64,000 nt of DNA from an uncultured Bacilli bacterium (GTDB lineage: Bacteria; Bacillota_I; Bacilli_A; RF39; UBA660), in NCBI GenBank assembly GCA_934098485.1, contig CAKOOH010000005.1:11617-75616 (forward strand), given 5' to 3'. The position numbers and the translations under genes are program-made. Under the pieces are notes generated by a model, which saw only the letters and a program-made list of their open reading frames with translations, did not search any database and was not told where the DNA came from. This document shows positions 8,305-16,893 of the stretch, one piece after another (position 1 is the first letter of the stretch; each line of letters begins with the position of its first letter).

Positions 8305-10209
8305 ATGAAAATAATTGAATTAAAAGAAGCAAAAAATAATTGTGGTGGCAAAGCCTATGGATTATATAGGCTAATACAAGCAGGTATAAATGTACCTGAA
8401 GGATTTGTTATTGAAGACTCACAATCATTATCAAACGAAAATATTTCTGAATTAGAAAACAGATTAAAAGAATTAGATAAAAATGATAAATTAGCAGTTA
8501 GATCTTCAGCATCTAATGAGGATGGAAATATAAAATCATTTGCTGGAATCTTTGAAACAGTATTAAACGTCAAAAATGATATCAATGATGTTACAAAATC
8601 TATTAAAAAAGTAAATGATAGTGCTAATACTGATAAAACCAAGAATTATTCGAACAACAATTTCCAAATGAATGTCGTAGTGCAAAAAATGATAAACCCT
8701 AAAATATCAGGTATATGTTTTACAAATGTAATTGATTTCTCTGGTAAAAGATGTGTTATGTTTGAATATGTACAAGGAATTGGAGAAACATTAGTTAGCG
8801 GTAAATCAAATTCAAATAGAATAATTGTTAAATATAATAATGATAAATTAGATTATAACCATGCTAGATTAGAAGGAAGTTTAATAAACTTTACTGGTTT
8901 TGAAGCATTATGTAATTTGATAACTAAAGCAATTAACAACTATGATAAAAATCTAGATATAGAGTGGTGTATAGATGAAAACAATGTAGCATATTTATTA
9001 CAAGCAAGACCCGTAACAAAAGAAATATTTATTGAAAAGAGTAGTGATAGTAATAATACAAATACAATAGTTGCATCAAGAGGATGTGTTGAAGCCGAAA
9101 CATATGTAATTGATTCGAATTTAGACTATGAAAAAGTAAAATATGAAATAGAAAATTTTCCTGAGAATAAAATTTTAGTTTGTGATTATACAGAAACATA
9201 TTATCTTCCAGCAATGAAAAAAGCAAAAGGAATAATCACAAATACAGGCTCAGCTTTATGTCACGCGGCAATAGTATCAAGAGAATTAAACATCCCATGT
9301 ATTGTAGGATATGATAACGCAACAACAAAATTTAAAACCGGAACTCTAATCAAATTAGACGCTAATAACAACTCAATTTCTATAGGAAATGAAAACATGT
9401 TAGTATCAAAGGAATATAAATTAAACTTTGGAGAACTTGATTGTTTTGATAATTACATTGAAATTGTGATAGATAATACAAAGATATTTATCGAAAATAC
9501 ATTTGACGGAATATATGTTCATAAACCAGATAGATTAACTAATTCGGAAATTAATGAAATTGAAAAATTTGTTAGAAAAACATTTGGTCAAGTAGCAATA
9601 TTTTCATCAGATGAAAATAAATACTTATGGATTAAAGAAGTAAATCGTTTTCATAAATTACCTTATTTTTCAAAATATTATGAACATGTAAAAGATAGTG
9701 CAAAAAATTTTAATGAATCGAAATTAACTAAAATTCAAAAAAATTTAATTACAATGGCAAGCCAATATTTAACATATAAAAAGACATCAAAAGATACAAT
9801 ATTAAATATTTTTATAGATGAAATTATCGCGTCAATAAATGAAATATTAGATGGAATAATCCCCTTTGGATATCCTATGTATGAATCTTATGTTCAATCA
9901 TTACAATTATTAGAAAAAGAAGGAAAAACATATAATGATTTATTTGGACATATTTTATTTAAAAATGAAAAATTAATAAAAATTCAAAATTTCTTACACG
10001 CAGTTTCAAAAATAAAAGACGAAAGCTATCAAATTGTATGGGATATGGGAGGAAATGATCCGGATTATTTTGAAAAAAGAGATGAAAAAGTAAAACAAAT
10101 ATTAAATAAAAATAATCTTGACGAAGATTTTATGGACATATTTTATGAATTTTATCTTCCTAAATACTATGAAAAATTATTGGAGATAGTTGAAGAAAAC
10201 GAATTATAA
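8305..10209 (+). CDS. PEP-utilising enzyme family dikinase/phosphotransferase-like protein. It has an N-terminal PPDK_N ATP-binding region, a central mobile His domain and an unassigned C-terminal domain of about 300 aa.
   Basis: N-terminus GGKAYGLYRL...VPEGFVI matches the PEP synthase/rifampicin phosphotransferase ATP-grasp signature. The central NTGSALCHAAIVSRELNIPCIVG matches the PEP-utilisers phospho-His motif. Confidence 0.7.
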   Translation: MKIIELKEAKNNCGGKAYGLYRLIQAGINVPEGFVIEDSQSLSNENISELENRLKELDKNDKLAVRSSASNEDGNIKSFAGIFETVLNVKNDINDVTKSIKKVNDSANTDKTKNYSNNNFQMNVVVQKMINPKISGICFTNVIDFSGKRCVMFEYVQGIGETLVSGKSNSNRIIVKYNNDKLDYNHARLEGSLINFTGFEALCNLITKAINNYDKNLDIEWCIDENNVAYLLQARPVTKEIFIEKSSDSNNTNTIVASRGCVEAETYVIDSNLDYEKVKYEIENFPENKILVCDYTETYYLPAMKKAKGIITNTGSALCHAAIVSRELNIPCIVGYDNATTKFKTGTLIKLDANNNSISIGNENMLVSKEYKLNFGELDCFDNYIEIVIDNTKIFIENTFDGIYVHKPDRLTNSEINEIEKFVRKTFGQVAIFSSDENKYLWIKEVNRFHKLPYFSKYYEHVKDSAKNFNESKLTKIQKNLITMASQYLTYKKTSKDTILNIFIDEIIASINEILDGIIPFGYPMYESYVQSLQLLEKEGKTYNDLFGHILFKNEKLIKIQNFLHAVSKIKDESYQIVWDMGGNDPDYFEKRDEKVKQILNKNNLDEDFMDIFYEFYLPKYYEKLLEIVEENEL

Positions 10210-10639
10210 CTTATCAATCACAAATAAAAAATGAAGAAGAAAATTTTTGGTATAATATAAGAAGTATGAATTTACAATTGATTCAACTTTTAGTTTCGCC
10301 AATTAAGCCACTTAGACTATTTATTAAAATATAAAACATTGTATATTAAATTTGGACAGCATCTTTAATATTGATACTGTAATACCATCTAATTTAACTA
10401 AATCATCTTATTATGCTATTTATACCAGAAATGCCCAAAGTGATGATTATACTAATTTAAATTGTTATGTTTTTTACTATTCTAATAAAGCAGGTGATAA
10501 AAATATCCGAGTAGCTTTTTCCAATAATGGCACTCCAATAAGGGACTATCATTTTGATGAAAGTAGTGCGAAAAACTCAAATATTAATAATCATGATTTA
10601 TTAATTTATCAGTATAAAGGCATTATCAAATAATAAAAA

Positions 10640-10670
10640 AAGTAGTTAATTAGTTTTCTACTTTTTCTTT
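10640..10670. terminator. Bidirectional terminator hairpin (AAAGTAG...CTACTTT) between convergent ORFs
   Basis: Inverted repeat flanked by an A-run and a T-run. Confidence 0.4.
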
Positions 10671-10888
10671 TTTTTCGCTTTTAATTTGGCAATCGCATTT
10701 CGAACAAACTGCGCTTGGGTTAATCCTTCTTCTGCAAGTAACATATCAAGTTCTTTCTTTTCTTCTTTTTTTAAATTAATTTTAAGTGGTGAATAATGTT
10801 TTTTCTTATATTCATTTATATACTCATTTTGATTAAATTTCTTTTTTTCGTCTTTAGCCATTTTTAAATCTTCATCCTTTCTTTTCAT
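10658..10888 (-). CDS. Small ribbon-helix-helix (CopG/MobC-like) DNA-binding protein
   Basis: Lys-rich N-tail followed by LTQAQFVRNAIAKLKA, as in RHH proteins. The start is uncertain (the M at 10888 or 10861; the track extends to 10918). The 5' end lies inside the 53-bp direct repeat. Confidence 0.45.
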   Translation of the reverse strand: MKRKDEDLKMAKDEKKKFNQNEYINEYKKKHYSPLKINLKKEEKKELDMLLAEEGLTQAQFVRNAIAKLKAKKKKK

Positions 10889-10929
10889 AAGTATATCACA
10901 TTGGGAGGGTAGTGTCATTAAAATAATAA
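10877..10929. repeat. 53-bp perfect direct repeat, copy 1 (copy 2 at 12620-12672), bracketing the AbiE cassette
   Basis: Identical 53-nt string CTTTCTTTTCATAAGTATATCACATTGGGAGGGTAGTGTCATTAAAATAATAA at both positions. Confidence 0.9.
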
Positions 10930-11048
10930 CATCATGGATTGAAACAAAAGGATAAATTTAATATCACTACTAAAAAATAGTTTTTAAAAAGAGTAATTTT
11001 ATATTTAAAGTTTTTTTAATGAATGTGAGGTAAAAAAAGTTTTCAAGT

Positions 11049-11076
11049 ACACTTAAATGTGATAAAATTTAAGTGT
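11049..11076. promoter_or_regulatory. Perfect 10-bp inverted repeat ACACTTAAAT-n8-ATTTAAGTGT overlapping a TGTGATAAAAT -10-like element, a candidate AbiEi autorepressor operator
   Basis: Palindrome read directly, 16 nt upstream of the AbiEi start. Confidence 0.4.
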
Positions 11077-11091
11077 GAAAGGAAAAACGAT

Positions 11092-11679
11092 ATGGAATAT
11101 GAAAATAAAATTTTAAATTTATTTAAAAATGGTTATTTAATTACTAAAAATGTTACCGATAATAATATTCCTAGGATTTACCTTACTAAACTTATTAAAG
11201 AAAATAAAATAGAAAGAGTAAGTCGTGGAGTATATATTAAAAAGAATGTTTTAGTAGATGAATTTGTCGTATTACAAAGCAAAAGTAAATATGCCATTTA
11301 TTCTAATACAACAGCACTTTATTTACATGGACTTTCTAATAGAATTCCTATTAGATATGATATTACAATTAAAAGTGGGTATAAAGGTTCACTTCAAAAA
11401 GAAGATAATGTTAATTTATTTTATACAAAAAACGAATTATTAGATTTAGGAGTTATTAACTATAAACTAAATTCCGGTAATATTATTAAAGTTTATGATT
11501 TAGATAAAACTATTTGTGACATTATTAAAAATAAAAAGAAAATAGATGCAGAAATTTTTAATAAAGCTATTAGAGAATATTTTTATAGTCAAAAGAAAAA
11601 TACTTTAAAACTATATGAATATGCTAAAAAGATGAATATTTATAATAAGGTAAGAGATACTTTCGAGGTGCTTCAATGA
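11092..11679 (+). CDS. abiEi: AbiEi-family antitoxin/transcriptional regulator (type IV TA, abortive infection)
   Basis: N-terminal wHTH with the AbiEi-typical ...RVSRGVYIKK motif. The 4-nt ATGA overlap with the downstream toxin gene is typical of a TA operon. The ATG at 11092 has the ribosome-binding site AAAGGAAA. Confidence 0.7.
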   Translation: MEYENKILNLFKNGYLITKNVTDNNIPRIYLTKLIKENKIERVSRGVYIKKNVLVDEFVVLQSKSKYAIYSNTTALYLHGLSNRIPIRYDITIKSGYKGSLQKEDNVNLFYTKNELLDLGVINYKLNSGNIIKVYDLDKTICDIIKNKKKIDAEIFNKAIREYFYSQKKNTLKLYEYAKKMNIYNKVRDTFEVLQ

Positions 11680-12527
11680 TTAAAAATAGGGATAGTTTAA
11701 AAGCAAGAACGTCTAATTTAGCTAATAAAACTAATATTCCTAATAAATATTTAATTCAAAGCTTTATGTTTGAAGCTTTATTAAAAAGAATATCAATTTC
11801 TAAATATAAAGATAAATTTATAATTAAAGGTGGCCTCTTATTATCATCTATCTTTGGTGTAAACTTAAGAAGTACTATGGATTTAGATACCACTATAAAA
11901 GGATTATCACTGGATAGAGAAACCATTATTAAAGTTATTAATGATATTATTAGCATTGAAATAGACGATAATATCAAAATTGAAATAGAAAATATTAAAG
12001 ATATTAGAGAAGAAGAATTATATTCGGGTTTTAATGTCAATTTAAAAGCCGAATTCGATGGTTTGAAAACTAATTTAATGATTGATATAACTACAGGAGA
12101 TGTTATTACTTATAAAGAAGTTGAGTTTAAATATAATACCTTATTTGATAATGAAATCATCAATATTATGACTTATAATTTTGAAACTATACTAGCAGAA
12201 AAATTTGAAACAATAATTAGCAGAAATATAGATAATACTAGAATGAAAGATTATTATGATTTATATATGTTTGTTAATTTAAAATGGGATGATATTAATA
12301 AGGATACTTTAAGAAAAGCAATTATAAACACCGCTAAAAATCGTAAAACTTTAGATTACATAGATAATGCTAGTAAATATATAGAATTAATTAGTGATGA
12401 CTCAAGATTAAAATCTCTTTGGAATAGTTATAAAAGTAATTATGATTATGCAAAAAATATAGAGTTTGAAGATACAATATATGCTATTAAAACAATTGGC
12501 AAAATTGTTACATCAGTCGGAATTTAA
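11676..12527 (+). CDS. abiEii: AbiEii/AbiGii-family nucleotidyltransferase toxin (DUF1814)
   Basis: FIIKGGLLLSSIFGVNLRSTMDLDTT matches the GG...R.T.DLD nucleotidyltransferase signature of AbiEii. It is translationally coupled to AbiEi. Confidence 0.75.
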   Translation: MIKNRDSLKARTSNLANKTNIPNKYLIQSFMFEALLKRISISKYKDKFIIKGGLLLSSIFGVNLRSTMDLDTTIKGLSLDRETIIKVINDIISIEIDDNIKIEIENIKDIREEELYSGFNVNLKAEFDGLKTNLMIDITTGDVITYKEVEFKYNTLFDNEIINIMTYNFETILAEKFETIISRNIDNTRMKDYYDLYMFVNLKWDDINKDTLRKAIINTAKNRKTLDYIDNASKYIELISDDSRLKSLWNSYKSNYDYAKNIEFEDTIYAIKTIGKIVTSVGI

Positions 12528-12619
12528 GTGGTAAAAAGTGAAACTGGCTAAGAAAGAAACTAAAAACAACCTTCGAATATAAAAAACATATCATAAAATT
12601 AAAGAAGAAACGTAATCTT

Positions 12620-12672
12620 CTTTCTTTTCATAAGTATATCACATTGGGAGGGTAGTGTCATTAAAATAATAA
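12620..12672. repeat. 53-bp direct repeat, copy 2, carrying a 20-codon remnant of the RHH gene 5' end on the minus strand
   Basis: Identical to 10877-10929. Minus-strand translation gives MTLPSQCDILMKRKKITFLL*. Confidence 0.9.
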
Positions 12673-12774
12673 TGTAGTAATTTTAAAGTATATATATTAT
12701 TAATATAATGAAAAATACTAAGAATCATGGTATAATATTTCTAATTTAATTTGATAAATAAAGGAGGTATTTAA

Positions 12775-13587
12775 ATGGAAGAAATAACCTATAATAAAGT
12801 TGAAGATGAAAAAAGCCCCAAAATAAAACAGTTATATTGGGATATTGCCTTTGGTCTTCAAGACGTAGATGGATTAAAGCCATCTAAATATATGATTGAA
12901 TTATCAAAAGAACATATAAATGGGCAAAAAACGTATCATGAGGTTAAAGAAGAAATTACCTCTTATTATAAGATAAATTATGATAATCATGCTGACGATG
13001 ATGAAGAAGAAGCTGATGAAGTTTCTATCGCAATATACCAAATACTTAATAATAAATCTTTTAGATTTGATTATTTAACTTTAAAAAATTATCATCAAAG
13101 ATTATTTTGTAACTTAAATAAAGAAAAATATAATCCGGGCGTTTTTAGATTGTATAACATAACTAAAGACGAGCCAATTTTAAATGGTGATACAGTAAAC
13201 TATCAATCTTATGATATGATTGAAGAAACTTTAAAATATGATTTTAATGAAGAAGCGGCTCAAAATTATCTTGAGTTTACTGAAGAACAATTAATAAATC
13301 GTATTTGTGAGTTTACATCTAGAATATGGCAAGTACATCCTTTTCAAGAGGGTAATACAAGAACTACAGCTATTTTTATTCAAAAATATTTAAATAGCAT
13401 TGGATTTAAAGTAAACAACGAATTATTTAAAGATAATTCCCAATATTTTAGAAATGCTTTAGTAAGAGCAAATTACACAAATTATAGTAAAGGCATAAGT
13501 GCTGATACCAAATTCCTAAAAATGTTTTTTGAAAATTTATTATTATATAAAAATAATGAATTAAATAATGATGATTTAAAAATATAA
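12775..13587 (+). CDS. Fic/Doc-family protein with a degenerate active-site motif (HPFQEGNTRTT instead of HxFx(D/E)GNGRxxR)
   Basis: The Fic core motif is recognisable but with G-to-T and a missing second Arg. An extended -10 TGGTATAAT and the ribosome-binding site AAAGGAGG lie upstream. Confidence 0.65.
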   Translation: MEEITYNKVEDEKSPKIKQLYWDIAFGLQDVDGLKPSKYMIELSKEHINGQKTYHEVKEEITSYYKINYDNHADDDEEEADEVSIAIYQILNNKSFRFDYLTLKNYHQRLFCNLNKEKYNPGVFRLYNITKDEPILNGDTVNYQSYDMIEETLKYDFNEEAAQNYLEFTEEQLINRICEFTSRIWQVHPFQEGNTRTTAIFIQKYLNSIGFKVNNELFKDNSQYFRNALVRANYTNYSKGISADTKFLKMFFENLLLYKNNELNNDDLKI

Positions 13588-13639
13588 AAATCACATTTTT
13601 CCTTAAATATGCCGAAATTCTCTTTAAATTTTTCTAAAT

Positions 13640-13910
13640 TGTGCTATACTAAGTAAGTAAATCGAAGAAAAAGACAAGTAAAATTTAAACCGGCTTAAAG
13701 AGAGTCAAGATATGGTGGAACTTGATAGCACGTTAAATTTGAATAACACTTTGGAGTGATGTATTGAAAACTAGTAAATACATTCGTATAGATGCGTTAA
13801 ATCTTAAAGTGATCTACAAATGTAGATAAATTGGGTGGTACCGCGGAATTTAAACAGTGTTTCGTCCCTTGAGGATGATATACTGTTTTTTATATATAAA
13901 AGAAAGGAAA
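13640..13910 (+). ncRNA. T-box riboswitch leader of asnS
   Basis: Conserved T-box sequence AAATTGGGTGGTACCGCGG at about 13831-13849, followed by a terminator with a U-run (...CTGTTTTTT). An extended -10 TGTGCTATACT lies upstream. A candidate Asn specifier AAC is in GAATAACAC. Confidence 0.7.
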
Positions 13911-13917
13911 AAAAATT

Positions 13918-15306
13918 ATGGATTATGTATTTTTAAGCGATTTATACGCAAGTGAAAAAGAATATTTAGATAAGGAAGTAAAAGTAAAAGGTTGGATTAG
14001 AAATCATCGACCTCAAAAAGAATTTGGTTTTATTGATTTTTCTGATGGCACTTGTTTTAAACATTTACAAATTGTCTATACAAATAAACTAAGTGACTTT
14101 GACAAAATAACTAAATTACATAATGGTTCTAGTATTGAAGTAACTGGTGTATTTACTCATTCTGAAGGAAAAGGGCAAGACTATGAATTAAAAGCAAACT
14201 CTATTACTCTATTAGGTGACTGTGCTGAGGATTTTCCATTGCAACCTAAAAAACATAGTATGGAGTTTTTAAGAAACATTGCGTACTTAAGACCTAGAAG
14301 TAACACTTTTCAAGCCGTATTTAGAGTAAGAAGTGTTGCCGCTTTTGCTATTCACAAATACTTTCAAGAAAAAGGTTATATATATGTTCATACACCACTA
14401 TTAACAACTGCTGACTGTGAAGGCTCAGATCAAATGTTTAAAGTAACCACTTTAGATTTTGATAACTTACCAAAAACTGAAGATGGCAAAGTGGATTTTA
14501 GTAAAGACTTATTCAATAAAAAAACCTTTATAACTGGCTCTGGTCAATTACATGGGGAAACATTTGCCCTAGCATTTAGTAAAATTTATACTTTTGGTCC
14601 TACTTTCAGAACTGAAAACTCTAATACAAAAACTCACGCTAACGAGTTCTGGATGATTGAACCAGAAATTGCTTTTGCTGACATTAATGATTTAATGGAC
14701 ATTGAAGAAGACTTCTTAAAATATATTGTTAAATATGTCCTAGATACATGCCCAGATGAAATAGATTTCTTTGATAAATTCGTTGAACCAGGCTTAAAAG
14801 AAAAATTAGAAAAAGTTATTAGCAGTAAATTTGTAAGAATAGACCATAAAGACGTTATTGATTTACTAAAAAACAGTGGCGAAAAATGGGAATTTACTCC
14901 TGACTATGATGATGACCTTGCTAAAGAACACGAAAAATGGCTAACAACTCATTTTAATGGCCCTGTTTTTGTTAAAAACTGGCCTAAAGACATTAAAGCA
15001 TATTACATGAAATTAAACCCTGATGGCAAAACTGTTGCGGGAGTTGATTTAGAAGTTCCTGGTGCTGGTGAACTTATTGGTGGCTCTCAAAGAGAAGAAG
15101 ACCTTGAAGCACTACAAAAAAGAATGAAAGAAATGAATGTTGACGAGTCATTAATCGATTGGTACATTAACTTAAGAAGATACGGAACTTGTGTTCACTC
15201 AGGCTTCGGCATGGGCTTCGAAAGATTAATTATGTATATAACAGGTATGACAAACATTAGAGACGTATGTCCATATCCTAGAACCCCAGGTAGTTGCTTA
15301 TATTAG
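13918..15306 (+). CDS. asnS: Asparaginyl-tRNA synthetase
   Basis: Class IIb aaRS. The C-terminal motif-3 region GFGMGFERLIMYITGMTNIRDV and an N-terminal OB-fold anticodon-binding region are present. Confidence 0.95.
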   Translation: MDYVFLSDLYASEKEYLDKEVKVKGWIRNHRPQKEFGFIDFSDGTCFKHLQIVYTNKLSDFDKITKLHNGSSIEVTGVFTHSEGKGQDYELKANSITLLGDCAEDFPLQPKKHSMEFLRNIAYLRPRSNTFQAVFRVRSVAAFAIHKYFQEKGYIYVHTPLLTTADCEGSDQMFKVTTLDFDNLPKTEDGKVDFSKDLFNKKTFITGSGQLHGETFALAFSKIYTFGPTFRTENSNTKTHANEFWMIEPEIAFADINDLMDIEEDFLKYIVKYVLDTCPDEIDFFDKFVEPGLKEKLEKVISSKFVRIDHKDVIDLLKNSGEKWEFTPDYDDDLAKEHEKWLTTHFNGPVFVKNWPKDIKAYYMKLNPDGKTVAGVDLEVPGAGELIGGSQREEDLEALQKRMKEMNVDESLIDWYINLRRYGTCVHSGFGMGFERLIMYITGMTNIRDVCPYPRTPGSCLY

Positions 15307-15442
15307 AAGATAACCTTAAATTATCTTCTTTTTTTGTTTTTGCATCTAGTAACCTTGATTTTTAGCGCCTTCGGTAGTAAAATCTTAATAACATTTATAA
15401 ATAATAATAACTTAAATATTAATTTTCTTAGGGGGAGTTTAT

Positions 15443-16876
15443 ATGGCGAATATCACACTACAAGATTTAATTAATAATATTAAATCTTACAATAAGGAAG
15501 AAGTAGAAATAATCAAAAAAGCCTATTACTATGCAGAAAATTTGCATGCCGGTCAGTATCGCCAAAGTGGGGAGCCTTACATAACCCATCCTTTAAATGT
15601 TGCCTATATACTTAGTCAAATGCACGCTGATAGGGACACCATAATCGCCGCTTTACTCCACGACACCCTAGAAGATACTTCTGCGACGCTAGAAGATATT
15701 CATCATGAATTTAATGATACCATCGCTCATTTAGTTGATGGTGTTACTAAACTTTCCAAAATGAATTTTTCATCTAAACAAGAAAGAAATGCTGCTAACA
15801 CCCGTAAAATCATAACAAGCATAACTGAAGATGTTAGAATTATCATAATTAAACTAGCCGATCGCCTTCATAATATGCGCACCTTAGAATTTAAATCTTC
15901 TGCCAAGCAAAAAGAAAATGCTCTAGAAACTCTCGAAATATTTGTCCCTCTTGCTTACTATATTGGTGCTTATAATCTAAAAAGTGAATTAGAAGATTTA
16001 TCATTAAAATATTTAAATCCCGACGACTATCAAAGAGTCAGTGAAAAACGGGCTTTAATTGAAACCAAATATGAAAGTATTTTAAAAGAAATGCTCGAAA
16101 ATATCGACTTTTTATTAAAGCAAAACAAAGTGCCTCATGAAATAAAAATGCGTCTTAAAAATCTTTATGGCATTTATAAATCTCTTATAAGTGGCGTGAA
16201 ACTAAATGACATCCATGACTTAGTAGCCTTACAAATCATGGTAGAAACAGTAAACGATTGCTACCGAACTTTAGGCCTAGTTCATCAAATATATCATCCT
16301 ATCAATTATGAATTTAAAGACTATATTTGCAATCCTAAACCTAATATGTATCAGTCTTTGCATTCAAATCTATATGTTCCAACAAATCATATTGTGCAAG
16401 CCCAAATTAGAACCTTTGATATGGATAAAATTGCCTCATATGGTCTTACCGCTTACTGGGATAAACTAAAAGGCAAAGCCAGAGATGCCATGCAAGAAGA
16501 CTTACGAACTAAATTTAAATTTTTTAAAACTTTAACTGAAATTGATGAGACTTTTTTAGATAATGCTGACTTTGTAAGCCAAGTTAAAAAAGAACTACTA
16601 TCTGGTACCATCTGTGTTTACACTTCATCTGGAAAATCCATTGAAATGCCACTAGGTTCTACCGCTATTGACTTTGCTTACAGCCTAAGTACTGATATTG
16701 GTGATACTATGGTAGGTGCCGTTATTAATGGTAAAACAATGCCTGCTGATACCGTTTTACAAAATGGTGATTACATAAAAATCATAACCGATGCTATGTC
16801 ATTTGGCCCTAAAAAAGGCTGGGTAGATAAAGTTATAACTACGGCTGCCCACCGAGAACTAATTAAATTTAAATAA
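15443..16876 (+). CDS. Short RelA/SpoT-homologue (HD hydrolase + synthetase-like + TGS domains, 477 aa, no C-terminal regulatory domains)
   Basis: HD motifs (YITHPLNVAYIL, ALLHDTLEDT). Synthetase-like region YQSLHSNLYVP...QAQIRTFDMDKIASYGLTAYW. TGS domain ICVYTSSGKSIEMPLGSTAIDFAY. Confidence 0.8.
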   Translation: MANITLQDLINNIKSYNKEEVEIIKKAYYYAENLHAGQYRQSGEPYITHPLNVAYILSQMHADRDTIIAALLHDTLEDTSATLEDIHHEFNDTIAHLVDGVTKLSKMNFSSKQERNAANTRKIITSITEDVRIIIIKLADRLHNMRTLEFKSSAKQKENALETLEIFVPLAYYIGAYNLKSELEDLSLKYLNPDDYQRVSEKRALIETKYESILKEMLENIDFLLKQNKVPHEIKMRLKNLYGIYKSLISGVKLNDIHDLVALQIMVETVNDCYRTLGLVHQIYHPINYEFKDYICNPKPNMYQSLHSNLYVPTNHIVQAQIRTFDMDKIASYGLTAYWDKLKGKARDAMQEDLRTKFKFFKTLTEIDETFLDNADFVSQVKKELLSGTICVYTSSGKSIEMPLGSTAIDFAYSLSTDIGDTMVGAVINGKTMPADTVLQNGDYIKIITDAMSFGPKKGWVDKVITTAAHRELIKFK

Positions 16877-16893
16877 AAAACTAAGGAGAAATT

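Noticed and set aside
10352-10633. 93-aa ORF on the plus strand with a TTG start, between the dikinase-like gene and the RHH gene
   Set aside because: It has no ATG/GTG start and no ribosome-binding site, and the frame opens only 9 codons after a stop. It could be a gene fragment, but I cannot support calling it a gene. A terminator-like hairpin follows it but also serves the convergent RHH gene.
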